From Flavobacteriales bacterium (lineage in GTDB: Bacteria > Bacteroidota > Bacteroidia > Flavobacteriales_F > PHOS-HE28), in the NCBI GenBank assembly GCA_016787995.1, contig JAEUTB010000205.1, positions 1 through 53,263 of the forward strand: a stretch of DNA of 53,263 nt, read 5' to 3'. Made by a program: the position numbers and the translations under genes. Within the stretch, counting starts at the first letter, position 1, and the number at the start of each line of letters is the position of its first letter. Of the stretch, positions 1-9,390 are shown piece by piece. The notes under the pieces were generated by a model. That model saw nothing but the letters and a program-made list of their open reading frames with translations. It was not told where the DNA came from and ran no database searches.

Positions 1-10
1 CCGATATCCG

Positions 11-487
11 ATGTGGCAGCGTAAACAGACCGTATTCCTGGCCCTGGCGGCCCTTTTCGCCCTGGCTACCTGGTTCATGCCGGTAGCGACTTATGACCGT
101 GTTCAGGATCAGTTCATCTTCTGGACCACCGGCCTCTTCACAGCCGATGGCACACCGGTGACGGATGTGGGCCTGAAGGTGCCTTTCAACATCGTGCTCA
201 CCGTGCTGGCCGTGGCCTTGGTGGGGTGCATCTTCTTCTACAACAACCGGCCGCGCCAGATCCGCTTGGTGCGCGGCACCTACCTGATCACGTTGGCTAC
301 CATCGCCTTCCTCTTCATCACGGATAATTCCGTCCAGACCTACCTCGGGTCAGGCGGCGCCACGGCCATCAGCCATTACGGGGTGTCGTTCTTCCTGCCA
401 CTCGGTACGTTGATCTTCAGCTTCCTCGCCGAGCGCGCCATCAAGGCCGATGAGGAACTCGTGCGCAGTGCTGATCGCCTGCGTTGA
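11..487 (+). CDS. DUF4293-family membrane protein
   Basis: N-terminal MWQRKQTVFL, three to four hydrophobic segments and C-terminal AIKADEELVRSADRLR, typical of Bacteroidota DUF4293. Confidence 0.8.
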   Translation: MWQRKQTVFLALAALFALATWFMPVATYDRVQDQFIFWTTGLFTADGTPVTDVGLKVPFNIVLTVLAVALVGCIFFYNNRPRQIRLVRGTYLITLATIAFLFITDNSVQTYLGSGGATAISHYGVSFFLPLGTLIFSFLAERAIKADEELVRSADRLR

Positions 488-624
488 TCAGATGAGATAC
501 GCCTTGCTGGGTATGCCACATAGGATTGAGCTGCTTAGTCACTTGAACAACAGTTTGAACTGGATGGCTCCCCTGGGAGTTTCTCCAAAGTTCGGCTACT
601 CATTGCTGTAAGTGAAGGGATCTT

Positions 625-740
625 TGCACTCCAAAGGCTAGAATCACTTCAGGCGGCCAGGGACTACCTTCAAGTCCAAGCAGCCATGAGAAAGAGCACG
701 TTCAACGATCACCATATCGTCAGCATCTTCAAGGAGCAAC
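625..740 (+). mobile_element. IS3-family left-end remnant (IR-like sequence plus first ~18 codons of OrfA)
   Basis: TGCACTCCAAAGGCTAGA (625-642) resembles IS3 terminal IRs; ATG 686 reads MRKSTFNDHHIVSIFKEQ, similar to the IS3 OrfA start MxKSxFxxxQIxxILKE; similarity then stops. Confidence 0.55.
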
Positions 741-755
741 TGAAGTTTGATGCAA

Positions 756-1451
756 TTAGTTCGATAGTAAATCTTCACTTTTATCTCTGCTGAGTGGTAT
801 CTCTGTGTCCCCATCCAAAATGAACAGTTCTACTGCACCGCATTCAAGATAGAACATAAGGGCTAACTCACTTGATATGGCGGCTTGTTCTATCGCTACT
901 TGGTATCTGATACGGAATAGGAAAGATGCGAAGGAGGCAATCCCAATTCCTGTCGTTAACAGCACATATGGCCACATTCCTAATAGCATGAAAGCTAGCA
1001 TTACCCCAAAAAGAAGAATCGCGAGTAAGCCAAAAATAGGTGGACTGCTTAGGATGTACACTATTAATGCACATGGTATTCCAGCGTATGACCATATGTT
1101 ACCACTGGTGTATGCAGCAAGAATGATAGTGGCGAGGGCAATTGACGGGAACAAGGCGATATCGCGATAAAATCCTTTGACATAGTGGGGCGCGAAAGAT
1201 TTCACGAATGTCAGACTGTACGAGGCTGAGGAACCAGGGCGAAACCGAATTGACGTTCGATTGCTATTATATAGTAGTAGGAAGTTTTCGAACGTAATGC
1301 TTTCTAAATCTAGATATTGTGAAAGAGTCATCTTTTCTATCCTCGGCCTCCATTCGGGTGTTTCATTTAAGAACTCTCGAATATTATTCTCAATATCTCG
1401 AGCCACGAAGAGTTTTCGAACAGCATTTATGGCCGTCTTCTTGTAGTTCAT
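756..1451 (-). CDS. hypothetical membrane protein in a low-GC islet
   Basis: ~231-aa ORF with four hydrophobic segments; visibly AT-richer than the flanks; ATG at 1451. Confidence 0.65.
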   Translation of the reverse strand: MNYKKTAINAVRKLFVARDIENNIREFLNETPEWRPRIEKMTLSQYLDLESITFENFLLLYNSNRTSIRFRPGSSASYSLTFVKSFAPHYVKGFYRDIALFPSIALATIILAAYTSGNIWSYAGIPCALIVYILSSPPIFGLLAILLFGVMLAFMLLGMWPYVLLTTGIGIASFASFLFRIRYQVAIEQAAISSELALMFYLECGAVELFILDGDTEIPLSRDKSEDLLSN

Positions 1452-1908
1452 TGTCAACTAGGAAATAAGAGGTGCATGTAAGATAGTAAGTTTATACGTA
1501 TCCCAAGGCGGGCCTGCGGATATCAGACAGAGCCGGCTGGAATAGGCCCAAGGTAATCCGTGTTTATTCGGTAAGCCAGCATGGTCATGTTAATGTCATC
1601 AGATAGCGCGCTTTCTGGGTCTGCGAAGCGTTGTGTACATAAGTGACTCTATATCGGTGGAGTTTAAATGGAGGAAAAGAGACGCGTTGAATCGCATTGA
1701 TACGGCCAACTGGGTGATGCCATTATATCAGTCTTTGGTGCTTACAATAGATTCAATGAAAATACATAGATATAATCACATATTTGGCTTTCGTTCTATC
1801 GGTTAGAGCCGAAGGATACTACCGATCCAGAACGACCGGTACTATCGATCCGACACGAATGACCTTTTTGAACGTAGAGCTCGAGCCAATGAAGAAGCTC
1901 CAGTTAGG

Positions 1909-2679
1909 CTAGCGCTTCGCCGCCGCCTCCTTGAACGCCGCGATAGCGTTGCGCGTGAAGTCGCTCAACACAAGCCGCCCGCTGATCTTCGCCCGCTCGA
2001 TCAAAAGCTGGTCCCAATCCTCGGTGCCCTTCCACAGCACGCGCTTGATATCGGCCATGGCCTCGGGGCTGTAGGCGGCCAGCTCGCGGGCATGGGCGTC
2101 CACGCGGGCATCCAACGCCTCGGTGGTCTCGAACACTTCAGCATAGATGCCGTGCTGCTCGGCCCACGGGGCGCTGCGTTTGGTGGCCGGGGTCGCGCTC
2201 AACAGACCGAAGTGTCCGGTGCCCAGCTTGCGTTCCACAGCAGGCCCCACCACGAAGGGACCGATGCCCACCGCCAGTTCGCTCAAGCGGATGCTGGCGT
2301 TGGTGGTGGCATAAGCGATGTCCACCGCGCAAGCGATGCCCACACCACCGCCCACACAATGGCTGTGGATGCGTCCGATCACGAACACGGGCACGGTGCG
2401 GATGGCATTGATCACATGGGCGAAGCCGCTGAAGAACTCCAGCCCGCGCGCACCGTCCTCGATGGCCACGAGCTCATCGAAGCTGGCGCCGGCACAGAAG
2501 GCCTTTTCGCCCTCGCTCCGCAGCACGATCACGCGCACCGAAGGGTCCTTGCCGCAGGTGGTGATTGCATCGGCCATGCCGCGCAGGATATGACCGGGCA
2601 GGCTGTTGCTCTTGGGGTGGTGGAAGGTGACCGTGGCAATGCCGTCGTTCACCGCGTGCTTCACATGACCGTCGCTCAT
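1909..2679 (-). CDS. enoyl-CoA hydratase/isomerase (crotonase family)
   Basis: FCAGASFDEL, CVGGGVGIACAVD and LSELAVGIGP crotonase motifs. Confidence 0.92.
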   Translation of the reverse strand: MSDGHVKHAVNDGIATVTFHHPKSNSLPGHILRGMADAITTCGKDPSVRVIVLRSEGEKAFCAGASFDELVAIEDGARGLEFFSGFAHVINAIRTVPVFVIGRIHSHCVGGGVGIACAVDIAYATTNASIRLSELAVGIGPFVVGPAVERKLGTGHFGLLSATPATKRSAPWAEQHGIYAEVFETTEALDARVDAHARELAAYSPEAMADIKRVLWKGTEDWDQLLIERAKISGRLVLSDFTRNAIAAFKEAAAKR

Positions 2680-2743
2680 AGTGGGTACAAAGATCGGTTG
2701 TCGCGGCCTTCACTCTCGGCAAACGCATCAGTCGAATTTGGAA

Positions 2744-2912
2744 CTCTGCGACCCCGCTGGGGTCGTTGAGTACCGAGGTCGTCCTGTTGCTACGCTCTGC
2801 GACCCCTATGGGGTCGATCATGCGAACTATTGAGCTTGACCCTGGAAGGGTCACAGAACTTAGAACTAACGTCCAGTGTGGGATCCGACCTGCCGTACGG
2901 CAGGTCGCAGAA
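2744..2912. repeat. cluster of four REP-like palindromes (BIME/REPIN-like)
   Basis: CGACCCCgctGGGGTCG 2749-2765, CGACCCCtatGGGGTCG 2800-2816, TGACCCTggaAGGGTCA 2837-2853, CGACCTGCCGTACGGCAGGTCG 2886-2907; first two preceded by CTCTG, last two followed by CAGAA. Confidence 0.75.
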
Positions 2913-2938
2913 GAAATCGTTGCGTTTGCCCTGAGCGT

Positions 2939-3715
2939 TCACCGAACGCCATCCAACCATTCCTTGAAGGCCTTCGCCTTCTCGCGGCTCACCATCACCT
3001 CTGCCGGGGCGGCCGGCTTCAGTTCCACCTTCAGCTTTCCGTTGAAGTGCTGGTGGACCACAGCGATGCATTTCACACAAGCGATGCATTGCCGGTTGAG
3101 GCGGTGGAAGACGCGCGGGTCCAGCTGTGCTTCGATCTCATCCAACGGCTGGTCGAGCAAGTGGCGTTTTCCGCTACAGGTGTGTAGTTCCGTGGTCCCG
3201 TCGCTGCTCAGGAAATACGCGATCTCTACCGTGGCGATGGGCAGCAATTTGGTACCCAGTTTCACCAGGAAGCGATCGCGGTAGCTCGGGCCACGGCCTT
3301 GCACGGCCTCCAGCAGGCGTTGGATATCGGGCAGGGGTGGTGTAGTGGTGGTGCGCACCAAGCCCATCAACTTGGACACACTGCGGGCCAATTCCTCCTC
3401 TTCGATTGGCTTCAGCAGGTAGTCTATGCCGTTGGTGCGGAAGGCTTCCAGCATGTACGCATCGTATGCGGTGGTGAAGATGATGGGGCAGGGGGGAGGT
3501 ACCTGCTTGTAGATCTCGAAGCTGAGCCCGTCGCTCAATTGGATATCGCTGAAGATCACGTCCGGCGCGGCGTTGGCGTTGAACCAATCGACGGCGGCTT
3601 CGATGGTGTCCACCACATCCACCACCTCCAGGTGCGGATGGTGCGTGCTCAACAGTCCGTGCAAGCGGCGGTAGGCCGGTGCTTCATCCTCGATGATCAG
3701 GGCCTTCAACTTCAT
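2939..3715 (-). CDS. LytR/AlgR-family response regulator (REC + LytTR)
   Basis: ALIIEDE, FSDIQLSDG, FTTAYD and YLLKP receiver motifs; LDPRVFHRLNRQCI..VSREKA LytTR motif; ATG at 3715. Confidence 0.95.
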   Translation of the reverse strand: MKLKALIIEDEAPAYRRLHGLLSTHHPHLEVVDVVDTIEAAVDWFNANAAPDVIFSDIQLSDGLSFEIYKQVPPPCPIIFTTAYDAYMLEAFRTNGIDYLLKPIEEEELARSVSKLMGLVRTTTTPPLPDIQRLLEAVQGRGPSYRDRFLVKLGTKLLPIATVEIAYFLSSDGTTELHTCSGKRHLLDQPLDEIEAQLDPRVFHRLNRQCIACVKCIAVVHQHFNGKLKVELKPAAPAEVMVSREKAKAFKEWLDGVR

Positions 3716-4749
3716 CACACGCGGGCTTCGTGTTCGGCGAGTTGGAGCAAGGGCAGCGCCACCAAGAAGTGTTCTCGGGTCTCGATCACGTCCACCGGTC
3801 GTTCGCTGAGGTAGGCGTAGCGCTGCCGAACGTTGCTCAGTCCGGTGCCAGTACCTTCCACGGTGCCTTGCTTGCGGTGCAGGCTGTTGCGCACCACCAA
3901 TGTTCGACCGTTCTCCACATGGATGTCCACTTGCAAGGGCGATGCCGTGCTGGCCACATTGTGTTTCAAGGCGTTCTCCAACAGCAGCTGCAGCGTGAGA
4001 GGTGCAATGAGTAATTGCCTGTGCTCCTTGGCCACGTTCACCGTGATGCGCAAGCTGTCGGCGAAGCGAACCTTCATCAGGTCGATATAGGCTTGCGTGA
4101 AATCGAGTTCGGTGCCGAGGTCCACCACTTCCTTCTCCTTGTGCTGTAGGATGTAGCGGTACACGTGGCTGAGGTTCTTGGTGAAGCGTGCGGCCTGGTC
4201 GGCGTCCTCGTGGATCAAGGCCACCAGCGTGTTGAGGCTGTTGAAGAGGAAGTGCGGGGAGACCTGGTTCTTCAGCATGTCCAGCTCGGTACGCAGTTGG
4301 CGGCTTTTGAGCGCCTCCGCTTCGATGGCCTGGTGCTTCCACATGGTGAAGAAGTAGCCCGCTTCGTACAAGGTTCCCACCACCAAGGTGGCACCAAAGC
4401 ACTTGATCAGGTTCATACGCCACTCACCCGTCTTGTAGGCACTGGGTTCCAGCCCTGCAGCATCGAGGATCGTGCAGGCCATGATATCCACCGTGATGAT
4501 GTACGTGCTGAGCGCAACGACCGTGATCATGATGCGTTGGCCGGTGCGCTCGAAGCCGGGAAAGCGCTGCCTGAAGTAGCCGATGATCATGTAGCAGCCT
4601 TGCCAAATGACCGCTGTGATCCCCAGTGTGATGGTGAAGCCCAGAACGGTCGGCATCTCCGTGTGGAACAAGAAGCTCAGAACAACGGCGAGCAATGGGA
4701 TGCCGATGATCCGGGGCCAGGGTTCCTGAAAGAGGTTGAAGCGTGCCAT
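3715..4749 (-). CDS. LytS/YehU-type membrane sensor histidine kinase
   Basis: four TM segments, LKNQVSPHFLFNSLNTL H-box, LQLLLENALKHN, GTGTGLSNV; overlaps the response regulator start. Confidence 0.93.
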   Translation of the reverse strand: MARFNLFQEPWPRIIGIPLLAVVLSFLFHTEMPTVLGFTITLGITAVIWQGCYMIIGYFRQRFPGFERTGQRIMITVVALSTYIITVDIMACTILDAAGLEPSAYKTGEWRMNLIKCFGATLVVGTLYEAGYFFTMWKHQAIEAEALKSRQLRTELDMLKNQVSPHFLFNSLNTLVALIHEDADQAARFTKNLSHVYRYILQHKEKEVVDLGTELDFTQAYIDLMKVRFADSLRITVNVAKEHRQLLIAPLTLQLLLENALKHNVASTASPLQVDIHVENGRTLVVRNSLHRKQGTVEGTGTGLSNVRQRYAYLSERPVDVIETREHFLVALPLLQLAEHEARV

Positions 4750-4803
4750 GGAATTGAACGCTCGAAAGTACCGCGATGCTACTGAAAGCGCGTTTGTGGG
4801 CGA

Positions 4804-4854
4804 ATGAAGCGTAGGGATCCTGGGTTGAAGCGTGATCCTGCCTCTATGAAGCGT
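4804..4854. promoter_or_regulatory. putative LytTR operator: three 9-bp direct repeats with 12-bp spacers
   Basis: ATGAAGCGT 4804, TTGAAGCGT 4825, ATGAAGCGT 4846 (exact 21-bp period) between the divergent kinase and receptor genes. Confidence 0.7.
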
Positions 4855-5005
4855 TGTTGGGCTTCCCCGTTGAGGAACTGTCGTTTCGACCAGCTGGTAC
4901 TGCAGTCCACCATGGTCTTCTGCGGTCTTGATGGAAGCCAAGGTGGACAAGGAGTTGAGGCCTTCGAGTTTCGCAGCCAGAACGAACACCCAAACCACCC
5001 AGACC

Positions 5006-7402
5006 ATGTCTCCCCTTCGTTTACGCTCCCTGTTCAGCGCGGCACTGTTGCTGCCGTCCCTGCTCTTCGCCCAAACGCAGGTGGTGAAGGGCACTGTGAA
5101 GGATGCCGATTCACAAATGACCCTTCCCGGTGCCACGGTAGTGCTCTTGGGCAGCGATCCCATCATGGGCGCCACCACGGACATGGACGGTCGCTTCCGG
5201 CTCGATCAGGTGCCCTTCGGTAGGCAACAGCTACAGGTAAGCTTCCTCGGCTACAAGCCCACGGTGATCCCCAATGTCCTGGTGACCGCCGGAAAGGAAG
5301 TGGTGCTTGACATCGCGCTGGTCGCTTCGGTGGAAAGCCTGAAGGAAGTGGAGATCACCTCGGAGCGGGGCAAGGACCGCACGGTGAACGAGCTGGCCAA
5401 GGTGAGCGCCCGTACGTTCAGCCTGGAGGAAGTGACGCGCTACAGCGGCGGACGCAACGACGTGGCCCGCCTCGCGACCAACTTCGCTGGTGTGAGCGCC
5501 GCCAACGATGCGCGCAACGATATTGTCGTGCGGGGCAACTCACCCACTGGGCTGCTTTGGCGCATCGACGGGTTGCCCATCGGCACCACCAACCACTTCG
5601 GCACGCTGGGCACCACGGGCGGACCGGTGAGCGCGCTCAATACCAACCTGCTTCGCACCAGTGATTTCCTCAGTGGTGCCTTCCCCGCGGAATACGGCAA
5701 CGCCAACGCCGCTGTGTTCGACGTGAAGTTCCGAAGTGGGAATACCGACGAACATGAGTTCACCGCGCAGCTGGCAGCCTTCAGTGGCGCGGAGTTCATG
5801 GCCGAAGGACCGATCAGCAGGAAGAACCAGTCGTCCTACCTGGTCAGCTACCGGTATGGTATCGCGGGTGCTGCAGCTACGGGTACCAGCGCGATCCCCT
5901 ACTTCCAAGACCTGGCCTTCAAGCTCAACTTCGGTAAGAGCAAATTGGGACGCTTCGAGCTCTTCGGCATGGGCGGTCGCAGCAACATCGACTTCATCGG
6001 TGCGGAACTGGATAGCACAGACCTGTTCGCCGACCCCACCGTGGATAGCTACTTCACCTCAGATGTAGCGCTCATCGGCCTTTCACACTTCCTCCAGCTC
6101 GATGAGAAGAGCTACCTGAGGTCCACGGTCGGTACCACCTACTTGGGTACTTCGTTCCTACAGGACAACATCATCGGTGGTGCGAGCGACCAGAACGCTG
6201 TGCGCTACCGGGCCACCGAAGCCTTGGACAATGAACAGCGCTACACGGTGAGCAGCCAGTACAACCGCAAGTTCTCGCCGCGCTTCAGTCTGCGTGCAGG
6301 GGTGCTGAACGAGGTGTACGACCTGGATGTGGACTGGACGGACCGCGACCGCCGCGCAGGAATTCCCGACGTGAACGGCGATGGCATCCCTGACTTCTTC
6401 GTACAGGTGCGTGATGTACAGGGCACCATCAACCTCTTTCAGGCTTACGCACAAGGTGAATACAAGTTCACCGACGAGCTGAGCTTCACAGCTGGATTGC
6501 ATGGGCAATACCTCGACTTCAACGAGGATGTGATGGTGGCCCCGCGCACCGCGCTTGCCTGGCAGTTCCGTCCGCGTCAACGGGTAACATTGGCTTACGG
6601 GCTGCATGGTCAGCTGGCCTCGTTACCCGTGTTGCTCTTCACCGACCCGATCACCGGCGCGAACAACCGCGACCTGGAGTTCCAGAAGGCTCACCACGTT
6701 GTGCTGGCCTACGATCATCGTTTCGAAGGCGACTGGCGGGTGAAGCTGGAGGGCTATCATCAGTGGTTGTACGACCTTGGCATCGAGGACACCACCAGCA
6801 GCTACAGCGTCGTGAACGAGGGTGCGGACTTCATCTTCAGCGAACGCGGTGGACTGCTGAGCAATGGCACGGGCCGCAACTTCGGTGTGGAACTGACGGT
6901 GGAGAAGTTCTTGAGCAAGGGCTATTACGCATTGCTCACCACCTCGGTCTTCGATTCGCGCTACACGAGCAGTGATGGCGTGGAACGCAACACCGGCTTC
7001 GCGAACGACTATGTCTTTAATGCCTTGTTCGGGAAGGAGTGGGGCATCGGCAAGGACAAGCGCAACGCCCTCACGTTCGATACCAAGTTCACCACCAGCG
7101 GCGGTCGGCCCTTCAGCCCCATTGATCTGGAGGCCACACGCGCCAACCTGGGCCGTGAGGTGTACGTGGATGATCAGGCCTACAGCAAGCGCTACGATGC
7201 CTATTTACGGTTGGATGTGAAGTTCGGTGTGCGCATCAATGGCAAGGGCGGCAAGGTGAGCCACCAGTTTTTCATGGACCTACAGAACGTGACGGATCGT
7301 GAGAACATTTTTGTTGAACGGTACAACCGCGTCACTGACCGCATCAACCCCGTTTACCAGAATGGCTTCTTCCCGGACTTCATGTACCGGGTTCAGTTCT
7401 GA
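5006..7402 (+). CDS. TonB-dependent outer membrane receptor (N-terminal carboxypeptidase-regulatory-like domain, plug, barrel)
   Basis: signal peptide, VKGTVKDA..GATTDMDGRF, plug IVVRGNSP..NHF, FPAEYGNA, C-terminal YRVQF; ATG 5006. Confidence 0.93.
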   Translation: MSPLRLRSLFSAALLLPSLLFAQTQVVKGTVKDADSQMTLPGATVVLLGSDPIMGATTDMDGRFRLDQVPFGRQQLQVSFLGYKPTVIPNVLVTAGKEVVLDIALVASVESLKEVEITSERGKDRTVNELAKVSARTFSLEEVTRYSGGRNDVARLATNFAGVSAANDARNDIVVRGNSPTGLLWRIDGLPIGTTNHFGTLGTTGGPVSALNTNLLRTSDFLSGAFPAEYGNANAAVFDVKFRSGNTDEHEFTAQLAAFSGAEFMAEGPISRKNQSSYLVSYRYGIAGAAATGTSAIPYFQDLAFKLNFGKSKLGRFELFGMGGRSNIDFIGAELDSTDLFADPTVDSYFTSDVALIGLSHFLQLDEKSYLRSTVGTTYLGTSFLQDNIIGGASDQNAVRYRATEALDNEQRYTVSSQYNRKFSPRFSLRAGVLNEVYDLDVDWTDRDRRAGIPDVNGDGIPDFFVQVRDVQGTINLFQAYAQGEYKFTDELSFTAGLHGQYLDFNEDVMVAPRTALAWQFRPRQRVTLAYGLHGQLASLPVLLFTDPITGANNRDLEFQKAHHVVLAYDHRFEGDWRVKLEGYHQWLYDLGIEDTTSSYSVVNEGADFIFSERGGLLSNGTGRNFGVELTVEKFLSKGYYALLTTSVFDSRYTSSDGVERNTGFANDYVFNALFGKEWGIGKDKRNALTFDTKFTTSGGRPFSPIDLEATRANLGREVYVDDQAYSKRYDAYLRLDVKFGVRINGKGGKVSHQFFMDLQNVTDRENIFVERYNRVTDRINPVYQNGFFPDFMYRVQF

Positions 7403-7411
7403 TCGACAAGA

Positions 7412-7480
7412 AGTTGGCGGTCAGCAGTAGGCAGTACCTGTAACTCAACTGCCTACTGCGAACTGCCAACTGGTCACTGC
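7412..7480. repeat. heptamer-periodic inverted repeat / hairpin after the receptor gene
   Basis: arms 7412-7435 and 7448-7471 are complementary at 21/24 positions and are built from 7-mers (AGTTGGC, GGTCAGC, AGTAGGC / ACTGCCT, ACTGCGA, ACTGCCA, ACTGGTC). Confidence 0.7.
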
Positions 7481-7519
7481 GCAAAACGAACAACTCGATC
7501 ACCGATCGTTCAACCCCCA

Positions 7520-8335
7520 ATGCAAAAGATCATCCTCATCACCGGCGCCAGCAGTGGCATGGGCAAGGCCTTCGCCAAGCGCCTCATCAACGAAGGGCAC
7601 ATCGTCTACGGAGCCGCGCGCCGCGTGGACCAGATGCAGGACCTCGAACAAGCCGGTGGGCGCGCCATCGCACTCGACATCACCGATGACGCCTCCATCA
7701 CCGCTGCGGTCGAACAGGTCATTGGCGAGCAAGGTCGGATCGATGTGCTCATCAATAATGCAGGTTATGCCATCTACGGCGCGGTGGAGGAGACCACCTT
7801 GGCCGATGCGCGCAGGCAGTTCGAGGTGAACATCTTCGGACTGGGGCGCATCACACAACTGGTGGTGCCACACATGCGGAAGCAGAAGAAGGGCCGGATC
7901 ATCAACGTCAGCAGCATGGGCGGTAAGATGTACACCCCGCTCGGAGCTTGGTACCACGCCACCAAACATGCGTTGGAAGGCTGGAGCGATTGCCTGCGCT
8001 TGGAGTTGAAGCCTTTCGGTATCGACGTGGTCATCATCCAACCGGGCATCATCAAGACCGAATTCGCGGACGTGATGACCGGTCCGATGTTGCAGCGATC
8101 GGGTGTGGGACCCTACGGAGAGTTGGCGCGCAAGGTGGCCAAGGGCGCAGAGAACGGCATGGCCAATGGTCGGGGTTCGCGTCCGGAGGTGATCGCGGCA
8201 TTGGTATCGAAGACGGTACATGCACGAACGCCGCGTACGCGCTATGCAGGAGGCTTCCTGGCCAAACCAGTGATGTGGTTGCGCATCTACCTCGGCGATC
8301 GTTTCTTCGATAAGATGATCATGAAGGCGGCCTGA
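7520..8335 (+). CDS. short-chain dehydrogenase/reductase
   Basis: TGASSGMG, NNAG, YHATK (YxxxK). Confidence 0.93.
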   Translation: MQKIILITGASSGMGKAFAKRLINEGHIVYGAARRVDQMQDLEQAGGRAIALDITDDASITAAVEQVIGEQGRIDVLINNAGYAIYGAVEETTLADARRQFEVNIFGLGRITQLVVPHMRKQKKGRIINVSSMGGKMYTPLGAWYHATKHALEGWSDCLRLELKPFGIDVVIIQPGIIKTEFADVMTGPMLQRSGVGPYGELARKVAKGAENGMANGRGSRPEVIAALVSKTVHARTPRTRYAGGFLAKPVMWLRIYLGDRFFDKMIMKAA

Positions 8336-8351
8336 TCAGCAAGGAACCACC

Positions 8352-8711
8352 ATGAGCACATTGCCCACCTCGTTCCACCTCTCCATCACCGGACTTCGCG
8401 TGAAGCCCGGAATCATGAACCGCCTGCGCTTTCAGTACCACGCGGTGCGCTCGTTCATGCAGGCCCAGAAAGCGGATGGCGTGCTCCATGTGGCCGCGAA
8501 ACGCGTTCATGGTGTGGAGCATACCGTCACCGCCTGGCGTGATCGTGAGGCCATGCTGGAGTTCATGCGCAGCGGACCGCACTTGGAAGCGATGAAGGCC
8601 TTTCACCGGATCGCTGAGGGAAGCACGTTGAGCGAGCAGGCTGATCGGATCCCGGAATGGCCTGAAGTACATCGCCGTTGGAAGGAGCGTGGTGTACGGT
8701 ATGTTCGGTGA
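8352..8711 (+). CDS. DUF3291/ABM-like dimeric alpha-beta barrel protein
   Basis: TVTAWRDREAMLEFMRSGPHLEAMK resembles the ABM/DUF3291 W..H motif. Confidence 0.6.
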   Translation: MSTLPTSFHLSITGLRVKPGIMNRLRFQYHAVRSFMQAQKADGVLHVAAKRVHGVEHTVTAWRDREAMLEFMRSGPHLEAMKAFHRIAEGSTLSEQADRIPEWPEVHRRWKERGVRYVR

Positions 8712-8848
8712 GGACGTTTGACCGGTCGTGGACTTGGGATCGGGCTTATGGGTCCCTACCTTGGGATGACTTTTTGCGAATGCAGGTTGTGACCCCTAGG
8801 CACATCCTTCGTCGAAAGAACCAAGACCAAAATCAAACACCAAAGTCC

Positions 8849-9274
8849 ATGCTCGATCAACTCCTCTCCAGCCTCCAAAGCCAGGCCGTTCCCCAACTCA
8901 TCAGCAAGTTCGGGTTGAACGAGCAACAGGCCGGTGGCTCCATCAATGCGGCTGCCGATAGCGTGAAAGAAGCCCTGGGTGGCAGCGATGGCTTCGGTCT
9001 AGATGACGCCCTCAGCCTCTTCAGCAGCGCGAAGAACTCGGCCGGTGCCGATGGCCTGTTGAACAACATCGGAGGTCTGCTCCAGAACAAGCTCACCGGT
9101 CAAGTGGGCCTGGATGCCGGTAAGGCTAGTGGCGTGGCAGCCCTGTTGCTCCCGATGCTCACCGACCTGGTCTCCAAACACGTGGGCGGGGATGCCAAGA
9201 ACCTGCAGTCCCTGCTCGGCGGAGGTGGATTGGCGGGGATGGCGAAAGGCCTGCTCGGCAACCTCTTCAAGTAG
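8849..9274 (+). CDS. Gly/Leu-rich hypothetical protein (DUF937-like)
   Basis: MLDQLLS start, GLNEQQA/GLDAGKA internal repeats, C-terminal GLLGNLFK. Confidence 0.7.
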   Translation: MLDQLLSSLQSQAVPQLISKFGLNEQQAGGSINAAADSVKEALGGSDGFGLDDALSLFSSAKNSAGADGLLNNIGGLLQNKLTGQVGLDAGKASGVAALLLPMLTDLVSKHVGGDAKNLQSLLGGGGLAGMAKGLLGNLFK

Positions 9275-9390
9275 ATCACACGTTCGCTCCGGACGTTGCG
9301 GCCGTCTTGTTCAGCGTGAACAGGGCGGCCATTCCTTTTGTTATGCTTCCGACCTACCTTGGTCGAACACTTCGCGAAAAACTCTCCACG

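Noticed and set aside
1770-1912. Possible gene-tail remnant (..VLSVRAEGYY..FLNVELEP)
   Set aside because: Resembles a carboxypeptidase-regulatory-like strand pattern but is too short and has an upstream stop; needs a TBLASTN hit
3716-4423. N-terminal extension of the LytTR ORF (494 aa in the track)
   Set aside because: It is an out-of-frame overlap with the kinase gene; the receiver domain starts at ATG 3715
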